Shown here piece after piece: positions 42,309-53,100 of a DNA stretch of 64,000 nucleotides (its first letter is position 1; every line of letters begins with the position of its first letter). The DNA is taken from the NCBI GenBank assembly GCA_963766075.1, contig CAVYAN010000072.1, positions 32,001 to 96,000 on the forward strand. Reading direction: 5' to 3'. The position numbers and the translations under genes were made by a program. This stretch comes from an uncultured cyanobacterium. GTDB lineage: Bacteria; Cyanobacteriota; Cyanobacteriia; Leptolyngbyales; Leptolyngbyaceae. The notes beneath the pieces were generated by a model. It had not been told where the DNA came from, searched no databases, and worked only from the letters and a program-made list of their open reading frames with translations.

Positions 42309-43017
42309 TTTTGGCGGTTTTCGGGCCATTAATAACCTCAACTTCAGTCTGGATGAAGGCGAGTTGCGGGTGGTCATTGGTCCCAATGGAGCTGGCAAAA
42401 CCACCTTTATGGATGTAATCACGGGTAAAACAAAACCGACCCAGGGACGGGTCACGTTTAAGGGTAAGAACCTGCTGCCCTATGCGGAGTATCAAATCGC
42501 CCAGATGGGGATTGGCCGCAAGTTTCAAACGCCACGCGTGTATTTGAAGCTCACGCCTCGGGAGAACTTAGAACTTTCCTGTGCTAAACCCAAAAATGTG
42601 GTGTCCTCTCTACTGGGGCACGCTTCCACTGCGGAGCGGCGGACTGTCTCCGGGCTTCTGGAAACCATTGGGTTAGAAACCCGAGCAGATATTCCTGCCG
42701 AATTACTGTCCCACGGCGAAAAGCAGCGTTTGGAAATTGGCATGTTAGTGGCCCAGTCTCCGGATTTGCTGCTGGTGGATGAACCTGTGGCTGGCCTCAC
42801 GGATGAAGAAACGGAGAAAGTGGGAAACCTACTCCTGGCCCTGGCGGAAAGCCACGCCATTATGGTGATCGAACACGATATGGAGTTTGTCCGCCAAATT
42901 GCCCAGCAGGTGACCGTGTTGCATCAAGGCACGGTGCTGTGTGAAGGCACAATGGACGAGGTGCAGAGCGATCCCCGGGTGATCGAAGTGTATCTGGGCA
43001 GTGAGGAGGAAGAATAG
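42268..43017 (+). CDS. urtD: Urea ABC transporter ATP-binding protein UrtD (track start 42259)
   Basis: GPNGAGKTT, LSHGEKQRLEIG, DEPVAG, IEHDM. Confidence 0.95.
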   Translation: MSAKLLEIENLTVDFGGFRAINNLNFSLDEGELRVVIGPNGAGKTTFMDVITGKTKPTQGRVTFKGKNLLPYAEYQIAQMGIGRKFQTPRVYLKLTPRENLELSCAKPKNVVSSLLGHASTAERRTVSGLLETIGLETRADIPAELLSHGEKQRLEIGMLVAQSPDLLLVDEPVAGLTDEETEKVGNLLLALAESHAIMVIEHDMEFVRQIAQQVTVLHQGTVLCEGTMDEVQSDPRVIEVYLGSEEEE

Positions 43018-43160
43018 CCTATTTCCCCCTGGGCATCTTTCCGGGGCATTTCTCCGGAGGATCTCTCCGAGGTATTCCACTGGAAATCTTGCTCAAAATC
43101 AATGCGCTAAGCTAGAGATAGTCTTCTATGCAAATCCATCTAGGATTTGAGGCAGGTTTT

Positions 43161-43433
43161 ATGAGTAGTCACGCGATCGGTCACCCGTTAGTTTGTAATC
43201 AACACTCGTTTTCAGAGGGTTGGAATGACGGCTGGGCAGGGCGAGATGCCGCCTTTCCCGAATGGGGCGACTATATGAGAGGCTGGCAGAAGGGCCACAC
43301 TGGACTTCTGCGATCGCAGATCAAAGAGCAGGAATTTCGGGTAGCCGACAATTTTCAGAATACCGCTAGCACTTCACTGCTGGGCAATTCGATTCACAGG
43401 CCAATTGTTCAAACTTCAACTACTACACCCTAA
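43161..43433 (+). CDS. Small hypothetical protein between urtD and urtE (track start 43128)
   Basis: Fills the 437-nt urtD-urtE gap on the same strand; GAGGCAGG precedes the ATG; repeated GW-x-x-G motifs. Confidence 0.45.
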   Translation: MSSHAIGHPLVCNQHSFSEGWNDGWAGRDAAFPEWGDYMRGWQKGHTGLLRSQIKEQEFRVADNFQNTASTSLLGNSIHRPIVQTSTTTP

Positions 43434-43454
43434 CTAAAACAGCGGATTTACACC

Positions 43455-44213
43455 ATGAGTGTCGCGAATGGGGCGATCGCCCACCAACCTTTGGCTACGG
43501 ATGTTCTGCCCATGCTGGAAATTTTGGGGCTGAATGTTTATTACGGTGAAAGTCATATTCTGCGGGATGTGGACTTAAGTGTGGCCCCAGGGAAAATGGT
43601 GTGCTTGATTGGGCGCAATGGGGTGGGCAAAACCACCTTGCTCAAAAGCTTGATGGGCTTACTCAGTCCGCGCAGTGGTGAGATCCGCCTTCAGGGTGAG
43701 GTCATTACGCGGCGATCGCCGGATCAGCGGGCGCGTTCTGGCATTGGCTATGTGCCCCAAGGTCGCGAAGTGATTCCCCGGCTGACCGTGAAGGAAAATC
43801 TGCTGCTGGGCTGGGAAGCTCTGGGCAAAAACCGCCCCAAGGGCCAAGAGATTCCAGAGGAAATTTTTGATCTGTTCCCGGTGCTGAAAACTATGCTGTG
43901 GCGCATGGGCGGGGACTTGAGCGGTGGGCAACAGCAGCAGTTGGCGATCGCTCGCGCGATGATGGGCCGCCCGCGCTTGCTCGTACTGGATGAGCCGACG
44001 GAAGGCATTCAACCCTCGATCATTCTTGAAATTGAAGCAGCGGTGCAGCGGATCGCCCGCGAGACAGGAATTTCGGTATTGCTGGTAGAACAGCATTTGC
44101 ACTTTGTCCGCAAAGCTGATTGGTACTACGCCATGCAAAAAGGCGGCATTGTGGCCTCTGGACCGACCCGCGAACTCAGCAATGAAGTGATTCAGCGGTT
44201 TTTGGCGGTTTAG
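43455..44213 (+). CDS. urtE: Urea ABC transporter ATP-binding protein UrtE
   Basis: GRNGVGKTT, YVPQGRE, LSGGQQQQLAIAR, DEPTEGIQPS. Confidence 0.95.
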   Translation: MSVANGAIAHQPLATDVLPMLEILGLNVYYGESHILRDVDLSVAPGKMVCLIGRNGVGKTTLLKSLMGLLSPRSGEIRLQGEVITRRSPDQRARSGIGYVPQGREVIPRLTVKENLLLGWEALGKNRPKGQEIPEEIFDLFPVLKTMLWRMGGDLSGGQQQQLAIARAMMGRPRLLVLDEPTEGIQPSIILEIEAAVQRIARETGISVLLVEQHLHFVRKADWYYAMQKGGIVASGPTRELSNEVIQRFLAV

Positions 44214-44295
44214 GAATCCGTATGCCGCGATCGCCATCCCCAAACGCCACCGACAAATATATCCCTTGCCTCAACAACGCTAACTCAGAAAACAC

Positions 44296-44416
44296 AAAAA
44301 ACGCTGTACCGCATCAGTCGCGGTACAGCATTTTTCTATGCTCAATTTTTCTATGCCCAAGCATGGGCCACCCGATCCCATCCACCCGATAGCGCTAACG
44401 TATCGGGTGGATGGGA
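44296..44416. terminator. Two hairpins between the convergent urtE and phosphatase genes
   Basis: GCTGTACCGC..GCGGTACAGC flanked by A and T tracts; TCCCATCCACCCGATA..TATCGGGTGGATGGGA. Confidence 0.7.
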
Positions 44417-44429
44417 GGTTGTGCGTTCA

Positions 44430-47400
44430 TTAGGCAGTGACAAACTGGCTGCTAGTAATCGTATTGGCAGACACGGCCTTAATCGTTGCTAGCAGATCGG
44501 TACCCGCACTAATCGTAGTATCCAAACCGCTTTGAGCAATGGTAAGACCGCTGAAGGTCAAACCCGTGCCTAACCGGAAGCGATCGCCCGCCCCAAACCC
44601 GGTGCTAATGGTGACAAAACCAGTGCCGGAATTGAGTCCGAAAATGTCGCTCCCATTACCCGCAAACACCGTATCAATTCCCGTTCCGGTATTAATCACA
44701 TTGCTGCCTCCACCCGTGTAGATAGTGTCATCGCCAGCACCACTATTGATGATGTCATTTCCACTACCCGCAACGATCAAATCACTACCCGCTCCTGTGG
44801 TAACGGTGTTGTTCCCTTCTCCGGCATAGATTTGGTTGTTACCGTTGCCTAGAGCGATCTCATCATTGCCGTTGCCAGTCAATACCAGATTGTTGCCGTT
44901 GCCCGCCAAGATTCGATTATTGCCGTCACCCGCATAGAAGGTATTGTTACCGCCAGCACCATCCATGAGGTTGTTCCCATTGCCCGCAAACAATGTATCG
45001 TTGCCATCACCAGCCCGCAAGGTGTTATTGCCTTCCCCCGCAAAGAAGCGATCATCGCCACCCAAACCCAAGATGGTGTCATCGCCATTGTCGCCAAACA
45101 GAGTATCACTACTCGCGGTACCGCGATTGCCCGTGAGTTTGGCATTCACTTCAAACTGGCTAAGGATGCGGGGGGTGCGGCTGGTAATGGCTGCCGGATT
45201 CGCCAACAGTTCCGCTTCCGTGTAGGCATCAATCCCGTAGGTGGTAACGGTGAGTTTTGAGTGGCTTGATCGATATCAAACTCAGACCAACTGTAGCTAT
45301 GTCCAACAAAGTAGTCACCCTGCAACAGCTTGGCATCAATCAGGCCATTCGCCTGGGGCAAATTATCATCTAACCCCAGTGGATCAAAGCCCAGGGGCTT
45401 CAGTAAGGTGTTATTCACCGCCTGCTTGACGAAATCATCTTTATCGTTGGCGATGTTGTCTGTATCGGGGGCGATCCGCAGGGAATCGTAGAGCGCCTTT
45501 AACTGCGGATTGGTAGCCGTGAACAAATTCGCCAGGAATGCTCCGGTCGGCTGTTCGTAGGCCACTGCCCCAGTGGTGATTTCAAAGACGCTGGTGGCAA
45601 TTTGTGGCCCAAAGGGCACTTCCTGATACGTCAGATTGTTGACAAAGGTGGTGTGCACATCTGCGGCTACAAAGACCACATTGGTGAGTTTGTTGTCGTT
45701 GATGAACTTCAACAGTTCCGTACGCTCCGCATTGTAGCCCTCAAAGGCATCGGTGTTGATGCCGGGGAAGATGTTTTGGATAGGCTCGGGCACCATCACA
45801 AATTTCCAACTGATGCCATTCCGTTCGGCTGTCAGCAGGTCCTGCTTCAGATCTTCAAGCTGAATTTTGCCCAGCAGGGTACGACCGGGGGCAAAAGTTT
45901 GCACCAAAACGTTCCCAACTTGCTGTGGATTGGTGAAATCCGTTGGGCCTGGAATTTCTGCATCCCGGAAGGAGCGGGTATCCAGAATAAACGTGGCCGC
46001 GTCATTGCCATAGGTGTTGTAGCGGTAGATTTTGCGCTCACCCGCGGTGCGCGGATCGCCGGTATTCCCGTAGAAGTCATTCCGAATCGGATTGTATTCC
46101 TGAAAGGCTTGGAGACCATTCTCAAACAACGCCGTGTCATTAATTAAACGACCGGGGGTGCTGTCCTTAAAGCGCGGGTCAGAGGCCGCTAACTCACCAC
46201 CCGCAAAGTCATTGGTGACTTCATGGTCATCAAAGGTAACCAAAACAGAGGTTGAAGCCCGCAAGTCCGCCCACGTGTTTTGACCAAAGCGATCGCTATA
46301 GACTTCAATGTGCTTCGCCCGATATTCATCCAAGGTTTCTGCTTGGGCCTTCGGCAACCCAGTGGCAGGATCCAGCAGGCCGGGAGAGGCATCATCGGCA
46401 TAAATGGTATCGCCGTGCTCCACAAAGAACTTAAGGTTGCGATCGTCCGCATTGGAGATGGCTGGATAGGGAGCCAGTTCACCGCGCCAGTCACCGGAAA
46501 CACCGAACCGTAAACCCGTTTGGGTCCCGATCGCCGCTGCCGTGCTAAATTTCCCAACTTCGCTATCCTGGGCCGCATCCGTCACCCGATAGAAATATTG
46601 CGTATTGGGTTGCAAGCCATTGACTTCCACCTTTACGGGTTGCAGCGGATTGGTGACAGTGGCGGTGGCGGTCCCAGCAATCGTCTTGAAGCTGGCATCG
46701 GTGGAGTATTCAAACGTCACCCCTCCCGTAAAGTTGCTGCGAGCCCACAGGACCGTCGAAGTTTGGGTAGTATCGCCACTGGCAATGCCGTTCAGTAAGG
46801 ATTGAGCTTGGGGCGTGCGGGGATTGTAGCTGCGGGTATCAATATTCAACGGATTTGGAAACGCGTTGGCAATGTTTTCCCAGGGCACAAACTTAAAGTT
46901 GGTATTGATGTTTTCACCCTCCAGAATCTGGGCAGGCAGGTTGCTGCCATCTTGGGTGACAAACAAGCCAAAGGGAAAGTTCGGGCCGAGAGGCAGGTTA
47001 ATCACATCGGCCCCATCGGATTCCTGGACACCGTCAATGCTGCCGTTAGGACCCACCGCAAACTGTCCCAAGTAAGCGTTGTTGCCTTCGCGACTGTAGA
47101 CCGCAAAGGTGTTGTCGCCCTGACTGGAAGCCAACAGGTAGCCTGTGCCGTTGGGTCCATAGTAGATCGTCAATCCTTCCACATCATCGGTCAGGCGGTT
47201 GCCCCCCAGGGTACGCACGCGGTCAATCAGCGTCCCAGTACTACCGCCATTGGGTTCCGCGAAATACTTCCAGATGCCCACATTTTCTTGCCCAATGTAA
47301 AGGAAGCCCGTTTCCTGATCCACGACCATGCCCTCAAGCTGGGGATCGGTGGTAGTCGGTGCGTTGGGGGGAATAGGCACCGTAAAGGCGCGTACTCGCT

Positions 47401-50385
47401 CGGCCCCAATCGTGCCGTTCCCCGCGTCCATTAAGCGGTACTGTGCCACATCCCCGGTTTGCCGCCGGTTGACAAAGGCATAGTAGTCGCCCGTGACGGG
47501 ACTGCGGTATAGGGCAGTGCCGTAGGCGCTGCGGGTTGACGTGGAATAGGGTGGGTTGAAGGGGGCCGCCTGGAACAGGGTGCCCAGGCTGGGGCTGGTG
47601 ATGTCCACTAGGTACTTGCCATCGGTGGCATTGGGATTGATCTTGAAGATCACCAGTTTGTCGTTGTTGCGATCGCTCGCAACGGCAATGTCAATGGCCT
47701 GCCCACCTAACTTAAACCCGTACTGCAAGTCCACATTGTTGTAGCGAACGCTGACGGGGTTGACCGTCTGCAAGCCGGGATTGATGGTCTGCAACAACTC
47801 GCCCGCCAGGTTATAGACCTGCAGACCGCCATTCTTGATCGCCGTGACCACCAAACTGTTAGCCGGGTTAGTCGCATTGACGTAAATCGCCGGATCATCA
47901 GAATCGGCCCGTTGGCTAAAGGGCAAGGTGGAATCATCCAGGTTGGCCTTGTTGGTTTCCAGCGCCGGAGCGATCGTGGGTATAAATCAGCGCCCAAGGC
48001 CAAAATTTGGGTAAACTGGGTGGCGCTAAAGTTGTTGTCACTCACCAGCACAATCGATTGACGACCATCCGCTAGTTTGGGGCCAAATTCGATGCCTTCA
48101 ACGTTATCTAAACCAGTGCTCAGTTTGAGATCATCCAAGTTCAGCACAAGGCGCTTTTGCACCGGTTGGATAGCAGCACGTTCAGCCGAGGTCAGGCGAG
48201 TGAGCGAGTCGTACGCGCTAATGTCAGTCGCCCCTTGCAGGCTGATTTCGTAAATCCGAATTGTGTTACCTTTGCCAACGGCAAACGATCGCTCCAAGGC
48301 TAAAAATGTGCCTCGGTTATCCAGCGCCAACAGATCGACTAGGCCGTTATCGGCAGACCCCGTGACCGGATCCGGCGCTTTGGCGATCGCTGCCACAGGG
48401 TAGAGATATTCTTTCTCAGGCTGCCCAGTCACCAAGTTGTATTGGATGATTCGCGCTGCGCTACCACTGGTGAGCGTCGAAATCGGTCCATCCTGGAACA
48501 AGGCACTTTCTGTTGCCGAATACAGGGTCTTTTGGTCGGGCGTAATCGTTAAGCTCTCGAAGGCTAAGTTATTGCGGACTCCAGCCATTTGCAAGTCGCC
48601 AGAATCTACCACACCATTCCCATTTGTGTCTTGAACCTTGGGCAAAAACTTAGTGGGCAAGGCCAGAGTGCGAATTTCCTGGCCCGTGGTTAGATTGAAT
48701 TCTTTAATGAACGGATTGGTGACGCGGGTCGCGCCCAAATCGGGGCGAACTTCCCCTTCCGAAGACACAAAGACAGTCCCATTCTGGGTTAATGCAATGT
48801 CTTCGGGATCCAGGCTAAAGCGAGGAAAGGTATTGCCATTGGTATCCTTCAACGTCGTCACGCCCGTGAAGGTCGCACCATTAGTCCCCAAGGTCGCTGG
48901 GTTTGCCGTGAAGGTATAGAAGCGGGCAGGGGCAATATCGGAGCGATCGTCGGAAATCGCATAGTATTGGTTCTTCACAGCATCATAGGTAACGCCCGAC
49001 AGGCCCCCCAGGGGAGTAGGTGCACCATTGACACTGCCAGCAGTTCCCGCAGGAATAGTGCCCGTGGGAATTACAGTCTGTCCCAAAAAGCCGGGGGTGC
49101 CGACAACCGTTTTGCCTGCTTCAGTTGCACCAACCTGGATATCCGCATAGACCAAACGGTGATCGGAGCTGGGATAGCCGTTCAAGAACGTTGGCGCAAA
49201 GGTCCCCACAGGCGTAAACGTGGGATCGGTATTCAATGGCCAAAACACGCGGGAATTGGTAATTGTCAGGTCCGTGGAGGGCAGCACATAATCTGCCCGC
49301 AGGTTACCCGGCGTGGTATCGGCAAAGTCAGCGGTATCAAACGCTGGGTTGCCCGTCTGGGTGGCATTAGCTCCTCCCTGCAAAGCATTTTGCTGCGGCC
49401 CGCCAAGGCTGGTTGGAATAAAATTGGTGTTGATGTTGGGACTTTGCAGGAGTTGCAGCACGGCCCGATTGTAGCTGTCACCATCGTAGGGATCGGCATT
49501 TTGATCGCCCATGATCACAAAGCTGGCCCCCGCCGCTAAACCGCCCAGGTTGCCTTTGTCGTCGTAAATGTAGCTGCCTTGGCCGGGGGCAACGTAGTCT
49601 GCCCAAAAGCGAATTTCATCGGCGTTGCGCTTGCCGTTGCGATCTTCCGTTCCATCAAAGACGGGCGGCGTGGGATGGCTCACCAGCGCATGTACCGTCT
49701 GGCCATTGATTTGAATCGGCACATCCCAATGGCTCTTGGAGGAGAGGCGCAAAATCGCCTGCTCTTCTGTAGAGTAAAAGCCACCGAGGTTTTCATTCAC
49801 GGGGGTCGCGGGGTTATCCAACGTAGGGTCATTGGTTAGCAAATTTCCCGGCATATCCTTCCACAGAAAATTCTGGAAGGTCCGGATATTGGCCACGTCA
49901 ATCGGATACTTTGACAGCAGCACCAGGCCAAACTGTCCGGGGAAATTGCCAAACCCAAAGGCATCGTCGCCATAGCCCGCTGCCCCAATGCCATCCGTCA
50001 CCGTGGTGACCGTCGCCCCGTTGTTGTTGAGGTCAAAACCCGTGGGAATCCCAGTATTTGAGGGGGCGATGTAGAAGTAGGGATAGCTAACCGGAGCCGC
50101 ACCATTTTGGGCGATCGCCAAAAAGTTCTGCTGAAACAGACGAACAGCCTCGGCAGGATTGGCGGCAAAAAAGTCAAACTCGTTAATCAGCAGGACATCG
50201 GGGTTGGCCCGTTGAATGATTTCGGCCACATTTCTGACCTGTTGCACCCGCACGGCCTGCGAAATAGTCGTGCCCCGGCTGTCGGGAATGGCGGGATTAG
50301 AGAAATCATTGATGATTTGCCCCACCGCATTGCGGTTAAGGGAGGCATTAAATTGAGAGAACCGAACGGTAGTGGTAGTAACCAT
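44430..50385 (-). CDS. Multidomain secreted phosphatase (EEP + phytase-like/esterase + beta-propeller phytase + PhoD + RTX Ca-binding repeats), about 1985 aa; two 1-base frameshifts (about 47983 and 45256)
   Basis: Track ORFs 47707..50385, 45146..47926 and 44430..45206 join as ADL[I]PTIAPALETN and TQ[K]LTVTTYGIDAY. Motifs: EEP SHPTPPVFDG/GDQNAD/SSDHRLV; phytase-like GGLSG/SDDR/NLAFESL/SDNNF; phytase DDPAIY/NNVDL/EGMVVD/DVEGL/SSQGDN; PhoD GDTIYAD/DDHEVTND/LDTR/ADVH; GxGND repeats. Confidence 0.88.
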
Positions 50386-50783
50386 GGGGGCTTTTAGGTG
50401 AGATTAGTTTGAAAATCCCACGCCAACTTTAAGGGCTGTCTAACGTGCTCTTAAGCTCCAAAAACGCTCCGGAAACCTCATCATTTCTTAATCCATATGA
50501 AGCAGAGATGAATTATTTATTTACTAGACAATACAAACAATAACATTTAATTATTTTTGTTAAATATATTTAAATCAACTGTGTTTTTCTCCGCACAATG
50601 GTCCGTTTTGGCGGAGGTAGGCCCCCCTAGCCCTTCTCCCAATAAACTTTTTGCGAGAAATTGCTGAAGAAAGGGGTGTCGATGATGAAGGTGGGTTAAA
50701 GAACAAGCAAGCCATCCTGAGCAACCCCGCAGATTCCCGTAAGAACGAACAGAGCAAGTTATGCTGCAAATCAGGAGGGCAAT

Positions 50784-51227
50784 TTGACAACGGTAACTTT
50801 GCAAAGACGGTGTGACCGAAATCGCAAGCGATCGCAGCGGCGGGCCATAAATTGCCCGATTCATGGCTGTTCTCTACACAGCGTGAGCCAGAAGCATCGA
50901 TTATTCCTGGATCAGGCCATGCAATTGCAGCAACGGGGTGTCAGTCGCCGCAATGCCCTCATGCTGATTGCCACCCAAACCACCGTAGCCTTAAACGATG
51001 AGTGGCTCGAAGCGTTTTGGTGCGAGCAATGCCAATCGACCGAATGGTTTCATGTCCACAAAGTGGGGGCACGTGATTATCAACTCTCTCTCGCGCCATC
51101 CCCGCTATGGCAACAGGTCATGGGAGTGGTGGACCCCCGTGGCAACCCGTCAGTCGGTGAGTTTACTCGCAGACAGTCGCGCATGGTGGGGTATGGCGGC
51201 GTGAAAGACTTTAGGTTTGTCAGATGA
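50784..51227 (+). CDS. Hypothetical protein with a putative Zn site (CPIH...CEQC) heading the EPS locus
   Basis: ORF with CxxH and CxxC pairs and an Arg-rich N-terminus; AGGAGG precedes the start. Confidence 0.7.
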   Translation: MTTVTLQRRCDRNRKRSQRRAINCPIHGCSLHSVSQKHRLFLDQAMQLQQRGVSRRNALMLIATQTTVALNDEWLEAFWCEQCQSTEWFHVHKVGARDYQLSLAPSPLWQQVMGVVDPRGNPSVGEFTRRQSRMVGYGGVKDFRFVR

Positions 51228-51320
51228 GTCAGGAACTTCTTCGAGGTTTCTCAGTCAGCTTTGCAGGGGTGCGTTCAATGAGTTGCTCAATCAACATCAT
51301 CAATGGATTAATCCCTAACC

Positions 51321-52754
51321 ATGGTACCTCTAACGTTACAGGCTACGTATCCGCGCGATGTGCGATCGCCCGCCTTTGGCCAACTGGGCAAAGCGGTTTC
51401 CATGAAAGGAATGCGGGTGATTGCTTTGCTAGCACTGGACATTTTCTCGCTGTGTCTAGCAGAACTCATTTCAGGACTGTTGGGAACACCTTGGTCAACA
51501 TCTTGGTCGATGCCGAGTCATCTCCTAGCCGTGTTGTTTCCCATGCTCAGCATTCAAGTCACGCTGCTGATCGCCGGTAGTTTTTATAAGCCTGGAGAAG
51601 CATGGCGAGACTATACCGGCGTGGCGAAGTCTCTGACCCTCGGCGCAATTTTACTGCTGTTGTTTCTCTATTTTGATCATCCCAGTCAACTGATTTCGCG
51701 ATCGCAGTTCCTTTGGTTTTGGATCTTGAGTATTGCCTTGGTCCTGACCGGACGCTTCTGCATCAACTGTGGGATCAACCAATTACGCCAACGGGGATAC
51801 GCCCGCTACGCTGTCTTCTTGATTGCCGACGCGGAGCACCGGGAGCGATCGGTGGATATCATTCAATGCCGGAATCAGTATCACTTGGCAGGCACCAGTG
51901 GCGCAGCGGCACTCGACGCCGATCAGCAGGAAACCACCCTAGAACACCTGCGGCAACTGGGAGTGGCGGAGGTCTTTGTGTCCTGGAGCGCGATTCAAGA
52001 TCGCCTGTATTTGTGCTGGCAGTTTCAGGCTGCCGGGATCCAACTTCATGTGATTCCCGACAATCTCGATACGCTGTTGCAAAGCTCAACTTCGTGGGCC
52101 TTAAGCACACCACCCACGCTAAGTTTTACGCCGCAATTGATTACCAACAGTGATTTTTGGATTAAGCGCATCTTGGACTTCTGTGGGGCGCTGTTGATAT
52201 TGACGATTTTCTCACCCCTGTATGGGCTGATTGCGTTATTGGTTAAGTTAGATTCTCCAGGGGCCGTGTTTTATCGCCAAACGCGCATTGGCCTGCATGG
52301 CCAACCTTTCCAAGTCTGGAAGTTTCGCACCATGGTCACCAATGCCGATCAACTGCAAGCGAACCTAGAAGCCCAAAACGAATCCAAAGATGGCATCTTA
52401 TTCAAATTAAAGTCTGATCCACGAATTACGCGGGTGGGGAAGTGGCTGCGGCAATATAGCCTGGATGAATTGCCCCAGATCGTGAATGTACTGCTAGGCG
52501 AAATGAGTTTCGTCGGGCCTCGGCCCTTGCCGGTGCGCGATGTTGAGAAGTTTTCCCAGCACCATTTTGTCCGACATCAAGTATTGCCAGGAATTACTGG
52601 ACTTTGGCAGGTTTCCGGGCGATCAGATATTATTAACTTTGAGGATGTGATTCAGTTGGATTTGACTTATATCCAAAATTGGTCACTGTGGTTAGATTTA
52701 CGCATCTGCCTGCAAACAGTTAAGGTCGTATTACAGAAGACCGGGGCCTACTAG
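51321..52754 (+). CDS. Priming glycosyltransferase (WcaJ/WbaP-type polyprenyl glycosylphosphotransferase)
   Basis: N-terminal TM helices; KFRTM, DPRITRVGKWLRQYSLDELPQ, MSFVGPRP, PGITGLWQVSGR. Confidence 0.93.
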   Translation: MVPLTLQATYPRDVRSPAFGQLGKAVSMKGMRVIALLALDIFSLCLAELISGLLGTPWSTSWSMPSHLLAVLFPMLSIQVTLLIAGSFYKPGEAWRDYTGVAKSLTLGAILLLLFLYFDHPSQLISRSQFLWFWILSIALVLTGRFCINCGINQLRQRGYARYAVFLIADAEHRERSVDIIQCRNQYHLAGTSGAAALDADQQETTLEHLRQLGVAEVFVSWSAIQDRLYLCWQFQAAGIQLHVIPDNLDTLLQSSTSWALSTPPTLSFTPQLITNSDFWIKRILDFCGALLILTIFSPLYGLIALLVKLDSPGAVFYRQTRIGLHGQPFQVWKFRTMVTNADQLQANLEAQNESKDGILFKLKSDPRITRVGKWLRQYSLDELPQIVNVLLGEMSFVGPRPLPVRDVEKFSQHHFVRHQVLPGITGLWQVSGRSDIINFEDVIQLDLTYIQNWSLWLDLRICLQTVKVVLQKTGAY

Positions 52755-53100
52755 ATGTCTAAAGAGCATGTCTAAAGAGCCCGCATCTACCGGATCGGGG
52801 CTGGGGGATGGCCCCTTGCCGCTCCTGCCCAATACCACTACGCGCATAGGGTTCCCCTCGTCCCGTCTCTGCCAAAAGACATTCCCACAGCACGCGCCCA
52901 AAGCATTCTCTGAGTTCATCCCTGGATTGAGTTCATTTCTGCATTAAGTGTATTCCTGGATTGGGTTTATTCCTAGATTGATTGGCCATCGGCATCGCCC
53001 GTCGCCATCGCTGGAAGCACGCAATCTACAGGCTTGTCAGCCCATCGGAAATCAACTCAATCTATCGCCTAGTCCACATTATCGCCATTCAGCCAATATC

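Noticed and set aside
50486..50580. Possible Pho box upstream of the multi-phosphatase (TTCAT repeats 11 bp apart on the minus strand)
   Set aside because: Only two weak half-sites in very AT-rich DNA; plausible but unsupported without a motif scan.
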